Shown piece after piece: positions 10,101 to 22,600 of a stretch of DNA of 64,000 nucleotides (position 1 is the stretch's first letter; each line of letters begins with the position of its first letter). The DNA is from a virus (taxonomy: Duplodnaviria; Caudoviricetes), in IMG/VR virus record IMGVR_UViG_3300023174_000048, positions 138,295 to 202,294 of that record. The stretch is one strand, 5' to 3'. The notes under the pieces were generated by a model. The model saw nothing but the letters and a program-made list of their open reading frames with translations. It ran no database searches and was not told where the DNA came from. Made by a program: the position numbers and the translations under genes.

Positions 10101-10598
10101 TATAAATAATGGGTTTGATGATTCTATTAGTTTTAATTCAATAATAATATTGTTTGACTGGTCTAATGATGGAAGATTAATACTGATAGATTTTGAAGAG
10201 CAGTCTACAAGATACAAGGCGCTTATAGGATCTAAAGATAAATCTTTATCAATAACGATTGTGTTGTTTAGTCCTTTGTCAAAAGAACTTTGATTAGCAA
10301 ATACATAAAAATCATTACCAGAAGATGGAAAATCTACTGTATTGTTATTATTAGACGATGAAATAGTCTCAATTCTTTTAACAACAATATTACCAATATT
10401 ATCAAATACTATTTCTCCAACACCAGTTTCAAATAGGCGACTATTTAAGTTTCTGGCTATGTAAGGAATTAAATATCCTACATGATTGGTATTAAGAATA
10501 TTATATGTTTTTATAGCAGATACTGGCTTAATACCGTCATTTTCTATAACGAAATTAAATCCAATATTATCAAATACTCTTATTAGTTTGTTTGACAT
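7143..10598 (-). CDS. Tail-tip/receptor-binding protein with a circularly permuted FGE-sulfatase (C-type lectin fold) domain
   Basis: Immediately after TMP. SYYGTYDQNGNAAEW..GFRIAS precedes YRIGKYEVTN..KPVVFVSY..NWLHNG..WLPNLNEWHKAAYY. Confidence 0.7.
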   Translation of the reverse strand: MSNKLIRVFDNIGFNFVIENDGIKPVSAIKTYNILNTNHVGYLIPYIARNLNSRLFETGVGEIVFDNIGNIVVKRIETISSSNNNNTVDFPSSGNDFYVFANQSSFDKGLNNTIVIDKDLSLDPISALYLVDCSSKSISINLPSLDQSNNIIIELKLIESSNPLFINDKDGSLVCTLDSFNNYARLASTGKDWVVLNNKTPERMGVQSLNNDSDTFSIMSADINNAEMYWDSGSQRVFIGANSASSADTIIPTSGTYPFVVNNNSNGSDFIVYGSGSLNKNLFFSYDGRVGINIPSGSRPSTVFHIVNTVCQEGLRLENRTSCYPANITLYHKPSTDITSGSVVSQINLSAKNSTGNQTNYAQIESRAVNTTVYGEKGSLDITVVSGVTGIKTIQTTVDSTYVGYSGNRLQINNNGNLLLTNGSSQITVSPQSSITFSSASLYATGTSYLTNISSQNIDASNITISNLGSSGLLMVSGGKIINSPLSIDSAGSLRIPVPANKLLSTTANGAITGIYTLDDYFLTERDIVWTKYSPRTATACLRQITFADSVPSDEFAPGDQIVISYNGSNLYRRVISLELNGNAIVGLLVDESIVQNTTSNVNIYSITKGGYLTMTKSVDDGIISNSSSNTLSIRPLVDTTFNAGQKDINFSVYGLGDDPALFIKANTGRILIPSGIYSGFATGRSDMFSTIINITGVGLSNQYSSANYAYDNSRNIFSGLLSSVGTNGLPSYYGTYDQNGNAAEWIEKQDAIESRDSIEFIAGGAYSTANDSIIGSNVLKSIESLIRASGYNYVGFRIASLQGITDQTYISSTNGLNMSFVGVNNPKNIEDLNPIYIKNPAGSPTVYSQQVINNLGVVNNIYRIGKYEVTNTQYCAFLNAVAKINDRELYDIRMSSNAQGGITRISNAGYEYSTKSNMGDKPVVFVSYLSAIKFINWLHNGASITLSESDIDYNLSVGAYTIYSIGSNSYNVVKSSYRKYWLPNLNEWHKAAYYRPVNSNDFTGTSTVSIKRSEPEIIATGIDITGSAAKLYANLSVSGWLYVDHIVVGDGTIRSAKSFTGLTDPVVVDTPTSQGTTTVSPSINLLTQYNNPYASVFGSVASCISAGCSFNAKPLRLDEDTISLCSDNTLSYNEIPWWCDTNNNGPGWFN

Positions 10599-10601
10599 AT
10601 A

Positions 10602-13600
10602 TTAGGTTCTCATTGGGCGATTGTTTGCGGCTGAGTTTAAATTGCCTTCAAATTGGGTTCTATCGTATTTAGCTACTGTATTTTGACTTGTAATAGCTCC
10701 AGCATAATGACCAGCACTTTCTCCAGCACTTTTTCCAGCAGCAGAAGCGTGGTTTTGTACAGAGCCTACGTCTAATCTAACCGATTGTGTACCATTTATT
10801 TCTGCTGTTAATGATGTTGGTATTTGACTAGCAGTCTCTGACCAAGTATTTGCTGAACTAGCAATTGTTTGTGAGGCACTAGAGAATGTTTGGCCGAAAT
10901 TGTTTAATGTTTCAGTACTGCTTTGTATCATTTGACTATATGTTTCCATTCCTGATTCGAGTGCGGTGCTTAGTTGGTTCATAGCCTGTCCTACTGCAGC
11001 GCTAATACTAGACGATATATCATTAGATACACCACTACTACCACTACTGCCGCCACTACCTCCACTAACTAATCCAGCCTCAGCATAATATTTGGGCGCA
11101 ACTATTCCACCATTGGCCAAATAGTTAACAATTCCACCTCTATTGAAATGGCCACTATTTATAGCATTAAGAAGAGGCATATGTTGCTGACTAGACTCTC
11201 TGTTAACAACAAACTCTCCAGGAGTTAGCATGGCTGGTACAGTATCTGTTCCCTGAGATAATGATGGAACTAATGCTCCATTATTAGCATATACCAAGCC
11301 GCCAGAAGCATACATCATTCTACCACCAGCAGGCTTAGGAACATTCTGTATTTGTCTTTCTCTTTCTGCTTTTTTATATTCTTGTGACTGAGTGTAGTGG
11401 TCAGGAATAAGTCCTTGCGCCCCTAACTCTTGTGTTCTCTGTTCTATTCTTTTTGATTCTGCTGCATTATCGGCCATTTGTCTGGTTGTGGATTCTGTTT
11501 CTACAACTAATTGTGCTGCTGCTCTTCCAGGACTAAACATGTTCTCGCCAAAATTTTGAGCATACCCTTGCTGTCTTTGTCTATCATTTTCTTTAGCATA
11601 GTCTTCTGCTGTTTTTTCTCCGCTCATTATTGCTGCTGCTTCGGATGCGTAACTGCCAGCAGCATAACCTCCATAAGCAGCAACGGCGCCAATGCCTGTT
11701 GCGGCAGCAGGACTTGAGGTTCCTAGTCCAAAAACTTTTGCTCCATGACCAACAGAGTGTGCTGTGTGTCGTGCTTCTCCGATCATATCAATTCCTTCTC
11801 CAACCAATGTTGCTGTGTGTCCTGTACCAAAATGGGCATCAAGATTAGATCCCATTGTTCTCATATTTAATGGATTTCTTCCTCTGGTAGCAACAGCGGA
11901 CAATCCTGTAGAAGCAGCATTTCCAGCCAAAGAACTAGTTGTCATACCATGATGACCATGAGAATCATGACTGTCATGATCGTCAACATGACCACCATTA
12001 CCATAATATCTTACTAGTCCACCTTTATTATATCCATGGAATTTCATTAACTTCTTTAAAATTCTTTCTGCTATTTTATTGCCTTTTACTTTTTCGATAT
12101 TTTCTACTAATGTTGTTAGTAGTTCTGATGGATTCTTTTTTATAGCCGATGAGCTGTATCCATTCTTGCTCTTGCCACCACTAATAGAAGATAATCCACT
12201 AGGATCATCAACAAATTTTTCTATTTCTTTCATTAAGGGCGATTTCTGTAAACTTCTTTTTCCAAAAGGATCTTTTTTACTACCTTTCGTACTTTTTTGA
12301 AATAGATGACCAAGCTCGTGTTTCACAATACTCTCATCAGCATATTGAGATCCAAAAACTAGTTTTGATTCTGCTGTTGTCATACCAACTTTACTAGAAT
12401 TTGTTACTGGTCTATTTATTCCTTTTATTTGTCTACTAGCATTGATTTTGTCTAGATCAACCGATACGGATTGTGGTGTAGATTTTTCAACAAATTCTGA
12501 TAAGAACTTATTCCTTCGTGCTGGAGTAACATAATCAGCCAAATCACTTGCTAAATTCTCCTGAACTTGTCTGAATGACACCGGGTCTGTAACATTAACT
12601 TTTGATTTTGTGGCTGTTGTTGGCTTAACTGGTTTAGTTGGAATAGTTGGTTTAGTTGGTTTGGGTTTTACTATAGATGGTCCGGCAACTGTTGTTTTAG
12701 CTTTTCCTAACACGCTTTGGGTCGCTGTGCTATTTGGAACACCTTGATTAACAAGATCTTGAATCTGTTGATATTGTGCTGCTGTTATTTTGGGCTTAAC
12801 TTGTGGACCGGGTGTTGGCATAGTCAAATCAATATTTGATAATTTTTCATCCAATGCTCTGCTTCTTGCTGCTTTAGCTTTGGCCGCTAGTCTACCATAA
12901 TTACCATCATACTCTAATGGATTAATATCGTCTATGCTTCTGATTTTGGTGGGAGCAGACTCTGGGAATGTTACTGGCTTTGCTGGTTTTAAATTCTTAT
13001 AAGAAGAAGTAGTGCCTGATCTATTAAGATTTGGTCTTGAATAACTTGGGGCAATACCTCTAACTCCTATAACATCACCCATTTGAGTAGCAACATCTTG
13101 AACGCCCTCAACAAAATTATTAACTGCCCTTCCGGCTCCACGAGCACCAGGAATTCTACCACCCAATCTTCCTGCTCCTCTGGCAGTTGATGTAATAGCT
13201 CTATCTACTGTTCCAGCAACTCTGCCAACACTAGCAGCACCAGGTATTTTACCAGCAGCCCTACCAACACTAGAAACACCAGGTATTCTACTAGCGACCC
13301 TTCCAGCAGCCCCTGCCATTCGACCGGCAACATTAAATACTGCTCCTTCAGCATTAACTAATGCTCCTGCGCCTTGAGTGCTTCCATACGCAGTAGTTTG
13401 AGCAAATGCTGTACCAAAGCCAGCCCAACTATCCATACCACCAGCCAGCTCCACATTTCTAGCATCATTACGTTGTAATGCTGTTTGCTCACCAGTTTGT
13501 ATCGGCCCCATACCAGCAACAGCTTGTCCGGCTTCAACAAAACTAGTTGCTCCAGCACCCATAGCCCTTAGTCCAACATCGGCGGCCGCAGAAGTTGCTG

Positions 13601-16600
13601 CAGAATAAGCTCCCTGTTGATTATTTAGTCTGTCGCTGTTTGCCGTAAATGTTCTTGCTCTTATAGCAGCAACATCTTGAGCAGCCGCTATCTCTTGAGG
13701 AGATGGCATTGGTCTGCCATTAGCTCTAGCCTCATCATACATATTTTCGGCTGTTCTGTTTCTTAAATTATTTTCGTCTCCAATTTTAAAAGCTGTATCA
13801 TCTCCAGACATAGCATATCCAATACCTCCAACAATAGGAGATGCAACTGTTGCAACTGCTCCGGCAGTTATATTTGCCGCCCCATAAAGGGCGTCTCCAA
13901 TACCCTGAGTTACTCCTCCAACATATCCTACTGCTGCCGTAGCAGGATTGCTACTATTTATATATAATGATGCTTGTCTATCTTCTTCGGCTTTTTGCTG
14001 TTGTGCTCTAACCTTTTCTGCCGCACTAACTTGTTGGGCCCCTTCAAATTGTGCTATCGCTTCGCTATTTGCTTGATCCTGTAATAGTTGTTCTGTTGTT
14101 GGAACCTTATAGCTTGCAACAGATTCCTTATAAGGTTTAGGCATATATGATCTTTGTTCATCTCTATATTTGTCTCTTTGCTCTTCTTTAACTTTTCCTT
14201 CGGCTAAGAATTTATTAAATTTATTATCTATTTCTGCTGTTTGAGCATCTTCTTTAGCTTTATTTCTTTCATTGATTACTTGCTGTCTTCTTTGTTTCTT
14301 ATAAGCTTCTCTATTTCCTTCATCATCTCTCCATGCTCCTGATTCTAATAGTTGGTTAAATTCAACATCAAATGCTTGTTCTTGAGCTGCTATTTGTGCT
14401 CTTTTTTCTATTCCTATTTTTGTGCTAGTAATAGCACTATCTGCTTCTCTCTTTTTCTTCGTGTCGCTTGAAGTTGTAGCCGTTTGAATTGAAGAAGATA
14501 ATCCTGGACTAGCAGTTATTCTATAAACATTTTGTGTTTCTGCTTTTGCTCGTATTTTTGGATCATTACTATATTCTAATGGATCTGTAGCGCCAACAGA
14601 TTGATAAGAATTTATTTGACTATTCGGCATAAACAACTGATTTGGATATTTTATCATTGTCTCAGTCGCTAGTACATTCGATGGTGATCCAAGAGGAAAG
14701 TTAAACCAATCTCTGCGTGAGCTTTCTCTATCTCTAGTTGTTTTTTGAGACTCAAACCTTGGGGTATTAGGATCTCCTCCATATGTATAATTTGTTCCAG
14801 CAACATAATCTCCAGGCAACGATACTCTAGGACTTGGAACCATTGGACCAATATTAACGCCTAATCTTCCATCCTGATTTTTAATTTCTGGTGTTCTCAA
14901 ATTAACAGAAGTATTAGTCTGGGTTGCTTGTTGAGTTTGCTGTGCCTCATAAGCTCTATTATCGGCTATGCGATTAACCATTCCTTCTAAAGGATTTCTT
15001 GTTTGGTATTTTGGATCATTTGGATCTGGCTTTTGTAAAACCTTATTGGTAGTATAAGATGCTAATCCTGTTTGAACACCAGAAGAGACCGCAGGATCAG
15101 TTATATCAGGTCTTGCAGTAGTATACTGCTGTCTAATTCCTGATTCGATTGCGGCATTTTGTTGGGCAGCCTGTTGCTCATTGCTTGGTCTTGAGTAGCC
15201 TTCATTTATTCTAGAGGCCGTTGCTGGATCAAGACCGCTAGGATTTACTGCGTTGCTAGTTATTGGAGGCAACGCAGCACTAAATGATAGAGCACGTAAA
15301 CTTCCTCTATTTCTACGATCAGAACCTAACTCTTTTAGGGCTGATCTTTCTTCTGGTGTTATCTCATTAGACTGAGCACCTTTACGATAAGCACTATTTA
15401 CTAAAGAAGAAATATTACGATCTTTTTCTACAGTATATGGACCGACCTCTCTTTTTATTTGATTAGATTTCAATGTTGCATATTCTGTTTCTTCTTCTGG
15501 ACTTCTTCCTTTGCTTCCTTTCATCCACAATGATCGTCTTCGTGAGTCTTCAGATTTGATTTTTTTCTTCTCGTCAATAGCTTCTTGAGTTGGTCTAATT
15601 TTTGTTGTTGTTCCTCTGCCCCACGGAATAACATCTGCTCTTACTAAAGGAACCGGTAATGATGGTTGTATTACTGGTTGTGAAAATTCTTGTGGAGACA
15701 GCGACGTTTGAGCTATTGGAGTATTTAATGCTGCTGTTTCAGCATCGCGTGCTTTTTCAAATCTTTCTGTAGCTCTTTTCTTTTCTTCGTTAAAAAAATT
15801 AGCACCAACAATAGCAGAATTAGGATCCTCCTTTATGCTACCATATCCTGCATCGTTAGCGCTTCTGAGCTGTGCATCGTTTTCTTTATTATTATAATTA
15901 TCCCATCTATTTTGAAATTCTGGTTCATATTTTTTGGCTTCTGATTGTCTTTCATCTTCTGTCATCCCCATCCATCTACCATCGCCTACCTGAGATTGTG
16001 CCCAGCTAGATGATGTTCTAGAAACTACCTCATCAGGTCTTCCTCCAGTTGCTTCTGACATCATCCATGATTCTTTTTGAGCATCTATTCTTTCTTCTTT
16101 TCTTTTTTGTACTTCGCCACCCTGTGCTAAATAAACCACTCCGCCCTTACTATAATTTCCACTATTAATAGCTTTCAATAATGGCAAGTGTTCTGAGGTT
16201 GATCTTGCATTAATCACAAACTCGCCCGGAGTTAACATAGCAGGAACAGTATCAGTTCCTTGTGGTTGGAAATTTACTAATTGACCTTCACTAGCATAAA
16301 TTAATCCTCCGCGAGCCTTCGGAGGAGCAACTGGGGCGGCAACTCCGATATTTAATGGAACTTTAGCTCCGCCAGGAGCATTAATTCTACCTTCATTCAT
16401 ATCATTATTAAGCATACTAGCTTCAACAGTTGTTCTAAGATCATCTATACTAACCTTAAGGTTGGCATTTGCTGATACTAGAGCCTGCTGAGATTCTAAT
16501 AAAGCCAACTCTCCTTGTGCCTTAGTAGCATCAGCCTGTAATCCAACAGACTGTAAATATTTGCTAGAAGCTTCTTTCATTGCGGGATCAGCGTTAGGAT

Positions 16601-19600
16601 TTTCCATAGCAGCTATTGATTGCTGAACAAGAGGATTATTCATCATTCCACTCTCGATAGCCATACTCTTTGTTAATTGTAATTGTTGTTGTTTAAAATA
16701 GTCAGCAACAGCTTGGTCAGCACTTACCCCAGGCTTTCCTTTACCCTGAGCATATTGATTTCTAATATTTAATTCTTGAGCAGCTCTTACTCCAGGATCT
16801 TGTGATAGGGCCAGTGTTTCTTTTCTTTGATTGGCTAATACTGTATTACCAGCCTTAGTAGCTTCTCTTACACTTCCTGTTTCTCTTAATGTTTGATTAA
16901 ATGCTTTGCGAGCATCTCTTTGATTACTAGCACCATTTAATCCTCCAGAAAGATTTCTTTGAAGTCTTATAAATGTTTTATTAAGTTTATCAGCTTCTTC
17001 TGGAGTATTTGTTAGTAATGTATTAACAAAACTTTCTCTATTCTTCTGAAGATCTCTAACATTCTTTAAATCATCAAATGCTTTTTCTACTAATTCTGTG
17101 CTACTTGCTAATGTGTCTAAAGCTTCTCTTGTATCTCTTAATTGATCGTCTAATGATCTTAGTTGTATAGCAGATTTTTTAAGTTCATCAGGATCGCTCA
17201 TGCCCTGTCTTTTTTCTTCTACTGCTGTTCTTTGTGCTTGTAAGTCAACAATTCTATTTTTAATTCCACCAACAGAGGTTTCTCCGCCAGCTAATCCGGC
17301 CACATCACCCATAACTCTTGCTTGTTTCTCATCATAAGTTTCACCAACGCCCGTCATAACCTCTCTAAGATTCATATCTCCTTGAGCTCTGATATCTCTA
17401 GCTTTCTTAAAATAGTTCTGAGCATCTTTTGCTGCTTTACTAGCATCTCTAAGACCTTCGGAGAAATCGGCTAATGCCCCTTGTTTAAACGATGATAATG
17501 CTTTTACTGCTTCAAGCGTTTTAACTCCAAAGGCCCCAAGAATATTATCGGCATCTCCTAATCCTTCTCTAAAAGCGTCTAATTCTGCTTGAGGCGTATC
17601 ATTTTTTTTCTTAGCTTCTTCTGCTAAATTATTTATTCTTGTTTCTGCTTGTTTTTTAAGGCTTGTCTTTTGTTCATCTGATAAGTTTGTTTTATCTATT
17701 TGTTCATTAGTAGTTTTAATAGCCTCTGTTTTGGCTTCTTCAACTCCCAAGCTTCCCTTGGTACTTAATTTTTCTGCTATGCTTTTTGTTATAGCATTTG
17801 GTAATTGTTGTTGTAGTTGTGCTCCGCCTATTAACTGGTTCCTAGTTTTTTCATCAACTCCTGCTGTTGCAGACTGTAAGGCTTGATTAAAATCTTTTTC
17901 AGAATAAGCATTTGGATTTTCAAGAACATTTAATTCTCTTAACTTTGGACCATTATCTTCTGATTGTCCTCTTAATGCTGATCTGCTTTTTTCTGCCGAT
18001 GATTTTCTAACATCAGATTCGAATTTAATTCTATTAACAGATTCACTAATAATATTTGATAATTTTTCAAAACTAGCTGCTAGTTTTCTGCCAGCTTTGT
18101 CTGCAGCCTCTAAAGCATCAGACATTTGTTTTGTTTTTATTGCAGATTGAACCTGAACATTTGTCAGTATTTTTTGATTAGCAACTTCATCTAATATTGC
18201 ATCTTGTTTTTCTTTAGAAACCTTCTCATACCCACCTTCTTCCATAATTCTTGCTCTAACCGTTTTAAGAGCATCTTCATCTGCTAATACTAATGCTCTT
18301 CTAGCCCCAATTAATTCTTTATCTGCTTGTATAGATTCTACACTAGCTCCAGTATTAATTTTTTGTGATATTAAAGCAAATGCTTTGTCTCCACTATCAG
18401 CATTTCTTTCAGCTATCTTGCTATCTAATTCATTAAAATCTTGAGTATCCATCTTTGGCTTTTCTGCTCCGGATAGAAACTCTGTCCATGTTCTAGTTTT
18501 ACCCTTTTCATTTTGTGCAACCTTAGTCTCAGCAGAAACAGCTTTTAGAGATGATTCTGAGGATCTAACAAGAGCCTTATCTAAAGCCTTTTGTAGATCT
18601 ATATTACCAAGATCTTTCTCAAAATCCTTGAAAGCCTTAGCCAAATCTTTTTCAGAAGCGGCCACTTCTTCAAATCGTAAATTCTTTTCCATCTCTAGAG
18701 CAGCAGTTTCTTGTGCTCCAGTAAAATCGGTAAAATAATCAGTAGCAGCATAGACTACTGTACCTAGTGCTGTTAATCCTCCTAATAGGGGATTTATAGC
18801 CATTAATTGAGAAGCAGTTGTTAAACCGGTTGCTAGTGTTGATCCGGCCTGTTCAATAGCGGCCCCTTTACCAGCAGCAGCAATCTTTCCTTCGTCTGTG
18901 GAAGTATCATACATTAGATTTGCAATATTTTTCCCTTGTCCACCAACTAATCCTGCCACCATTCCAACGTCTCCCAAAGCTGTTCCAATTCCTTGGGACA
19001 TTGTTCCTGAGAAGTATCTTTCTTGAACAGCTTTTTTAATAGGACTATTTCTAATATCAGTTAAACCACCAGCGCCAACTCCTTTTTCTCCCTGCTCTTT
19101 GGCCATCTCATTAATCATTTCTCTTCTTTTACTAACTTCTTCCTTAGCAAGAGAGAGTGCTTCTGATGCTGATTTGACTGAGACACCTCTAACAGTTCCA
19201 GCATTCTTATATTCTTCTAATCTCATTGCAATAAGCTGTTTATCCATCTGAGCTAATGTTTTACGATCAGTCATTGACTGAGAAACATAACTTTGAATAT
19301 CAGCTCCGCCGATGCCCATTCCTGAAAGTTCTGATCTTTTAATTCCAGTAACTTTTTCTGTGGCTGATGAGAATGCCTGCTCTTTAATCTGTCTTTGTTC
19401 TTTTTCTAATCTTCTATTAGTTCTTCGTTCTAGTTTATCTTTATCTCCTAATAATGATGGATCTTTTTTGATTAAATCTTTTTCTATTTGTGATTTTCTT
19501 TGTGCTGTAATTAATTTTTCTTTTTTCTCAGCTTCTGTTAAAATGGCTTGCTGGGCACCACCCGAACCAAGAACTTTACCTGTTTTTGATTCTTTTAATC

Positions 19601-22600
19601 CTGCTTCTAAAAATTGTCGTTTTGCTACTGCTGTTTTAGCTTGATCTCTAACATTCTTTAATGCTTTTTCTGCTGCTATTATAGTGTCTATTGATGCTCC
19701 AGTAATCTTGAGTCTTTCAACATCCTTAGTCATTGCCTTTTCAATATCTTTATAAGATATGTCAGCTCCTGCCCCAACTTGTTCAAGAACTTTCTTAAAG
19801 CTTATCATGCTATAACCAGCTTCTTCAAAACCTTTTGTTAATAGTTTAATATTATTAACTAGTTCTGATGAAGCTTCTATACTTTTACTATCAATAGTTT
19901 CTGGTCTGGTTTTTAATTTTTGAACTGCTGGTTCAGCAAAACCTTTTAATCCTTTCATTATTTCTTCAATACTAAAAACACTACCTCCAGTAGCAAATCT
20001 TTGAATTACTCCTCCACCAACTACTCCTCCCTTATTATAACCCTGTAATTTATCCGCTTTATTTAATGTCTCTAACTTGCCATATCCTATTTTTTCTGCT
20101 GCTTTCTTATTAACAACAAATTCACCAGGAGTTAATAATGCAGGAACAGTGTCCTTTGATGATATTCCTGCTTGTCCTCCTTGAGCAAAGGTCTCGATAT
20201 TGGTTGGCTTCAAGGGAGATGATCCAACATATTTTAATGCTAATCCTAGTGGTTTTTCAAAAAGTTTGGATTCAAAAGAATTTACTAATTCGGGATCTCC
20301 AGATTGTATTCTGGACATAAGCTGACCCAATAAAGCCCCTTCTCTTACATCTCCTTCACTTCCGGCATAAATAGATTTTCTTGATCCTCCAGGCAAGGTA
20401 AACTCTGTTCCGTCTTCGGACTTTAATGTTTGAGATCCTTCTTGAACACGTACTCCAACCGACATCATCCCAGCGTCTGGATTTTTATCAAACTTACCTT
20501 TTAATCCGGTTTGATTTTCAGTAGGAGCATATTTATCTTTAAGAGTATCGTAATTATCATGCATCCATTGTACCACTAGTCCTTTTTGTAATTCATAATC
20601 TAAATCATAAGTTTTTGGATCTAAAGTTTCATCAAAACTTAATACCATTGGTTTTCCTGATCTATCTCCTTGAGCAACAGTGAAGTTGCTTCCTCCATTA
20701 ACTCTCATCTTAGCTTGTTGTTCTGCTTTATTCTTTTCTGTATATAAGTAGAATCCTTCTCCTTGACCATATCCTTTAGCAATATTAGAAAGGGCACCTT
20801 TTTCTTTAAAGCTCTTTAAAACACTATCATCAACTCCGGTATTGCTTCCGTGATATAGTTTAACTTGTCCTCCAGTAGCATATCCTCTATTTTTTCTCCA
20901 CATTTTTTCATCATTAGTTTTGGTCTCAAACTCTTTTGGCTTGCGACCTTGTTTTTCCATAGCCTCTTGTATTCTTTTTTGTTTATTAGCCTGGGCAAGT
21001 TCATATCTTTCTTGTTCTGGTGATGTTTTTTTAGATGGTATTAGTCCAAATCTTTTGTTTATCTCCCAGTCTGGAATAGCATAGTCTTTATATCTATTAT
21101 CTAATCGTTCTTCTAATTTTGCTGTGAGTTCTTCTTGGCTCATGCCCAAAGTCTTTGCTCGTGCGGCAATATCGGGTGGGGAATATGATCCTCTTACCCA
21201 GCCACCCTCGGAAAGCATTTGTATGTCTTCTTTGACGGGTTCTGGAATTCCATATTGTTGTCTAAAATGTTTTTGGAATTCTTCAACAGCCTTGCCTCTA
21301 CTATTACTATCTATTGTTCTTTTAACTTCTGTTGGAATATCAGGATCGATACCAAATATTTTTGCTGCTTTAGATCCGATGCCCATTGGAAAGTCAATCG
21401 GACGAGTTCTTAAAGCATCGTCTAATATTGTAGCATCTGCTGATCCAAAAATTTGTTCTAGTAAAGCGCCTTCAATATTACCCTGACCTAATGTTTCTCT
21501 TTGTTTTTTAGTTAATTTCTTTGGAGATATTCCAAGAAGTTTGGCTGCTCCGCCTACAATTTCTTCTGTTTGACCACTAAGATAATCAATTACATTTTGA
21601 TATTGATTTGGTAATCCTCTCTGAACTATTGAAGCATCTATTGATCTTTCTTGTCCAGACGAATCAACTCCAAGATTCCAAGTTTCTGGCCCTAATAATC
21701 CAGTATATCCCAATGGATTTAATCCAACTAGTCCTAATTGTTTTGACGATAATACAGCGCTAGTTGTTTCTGCTAGTGACGTGGCCTTTTGAGTTCCTTG
21801 TGATTCATTAAATTTGTCTATTAGATAGTCTCTTGTTGCAATATAGTAAGCGAGCTTGTCTGCTTTTGTTTCTGGTCTAAATGCAGAATTCCAGTATTTT
21901 AATTTTCCTCCTTCGGCGGTATCTCTTACTGTTTTTCCTGAGAATGGACCAAAACTTGCGTCATTTGGTAATCTGTCTGTTCCAAATCTTTTTAATATCT
22001 CTGTTCCTTGTGCTGGTAATATCCCAGAAGACTTCTTGACCTGAGTAGCCTTTTCTACATTTTTTAGTATTGCTTCTTGTAGTCCAGAAGGCATTGCTGT
22101 TGGCACCCCACTAAATTCACCGGCCATGCCTTCAGACAATTGGGCCGATATGACATCTTTAGATAAGTCGGATGGCTGTGCTGATACTGATGCTCTGCGT
22201 GATGGATCTAATCCATAAGCATCTGGATATTTAGCAGATAATAAGGAGATTATATTGTGTGCTCTGTAGCCCAAAAGACTGGAACTCAATTCGTCTCTTT
22301 TCTCTCTCATAGCTTCAATTTGGGCTACTACATCTGGAGCATTGTCTCTTACCCTTTGAGTAATATTTTTGCCGTATGGGCCTCCTGGAGCTTCTGCTAA
22401 CATTTTTTGAATTTCAGCATTTGTTTGAGCTTTTTGATTTGCTCCATATTTTGTTATTTCTTCAATAAGCATAGGAACCATCACGCTGCGATTTCTTAGC
22501 TGTGCTCTATTGCCCATGAGAACAGAAGCAACTTCTGGGCTAACAAAACTAGTTAAAGCTTCATCATCTCCATTAATCACTGCTTGCCTAACTTTAGTAG

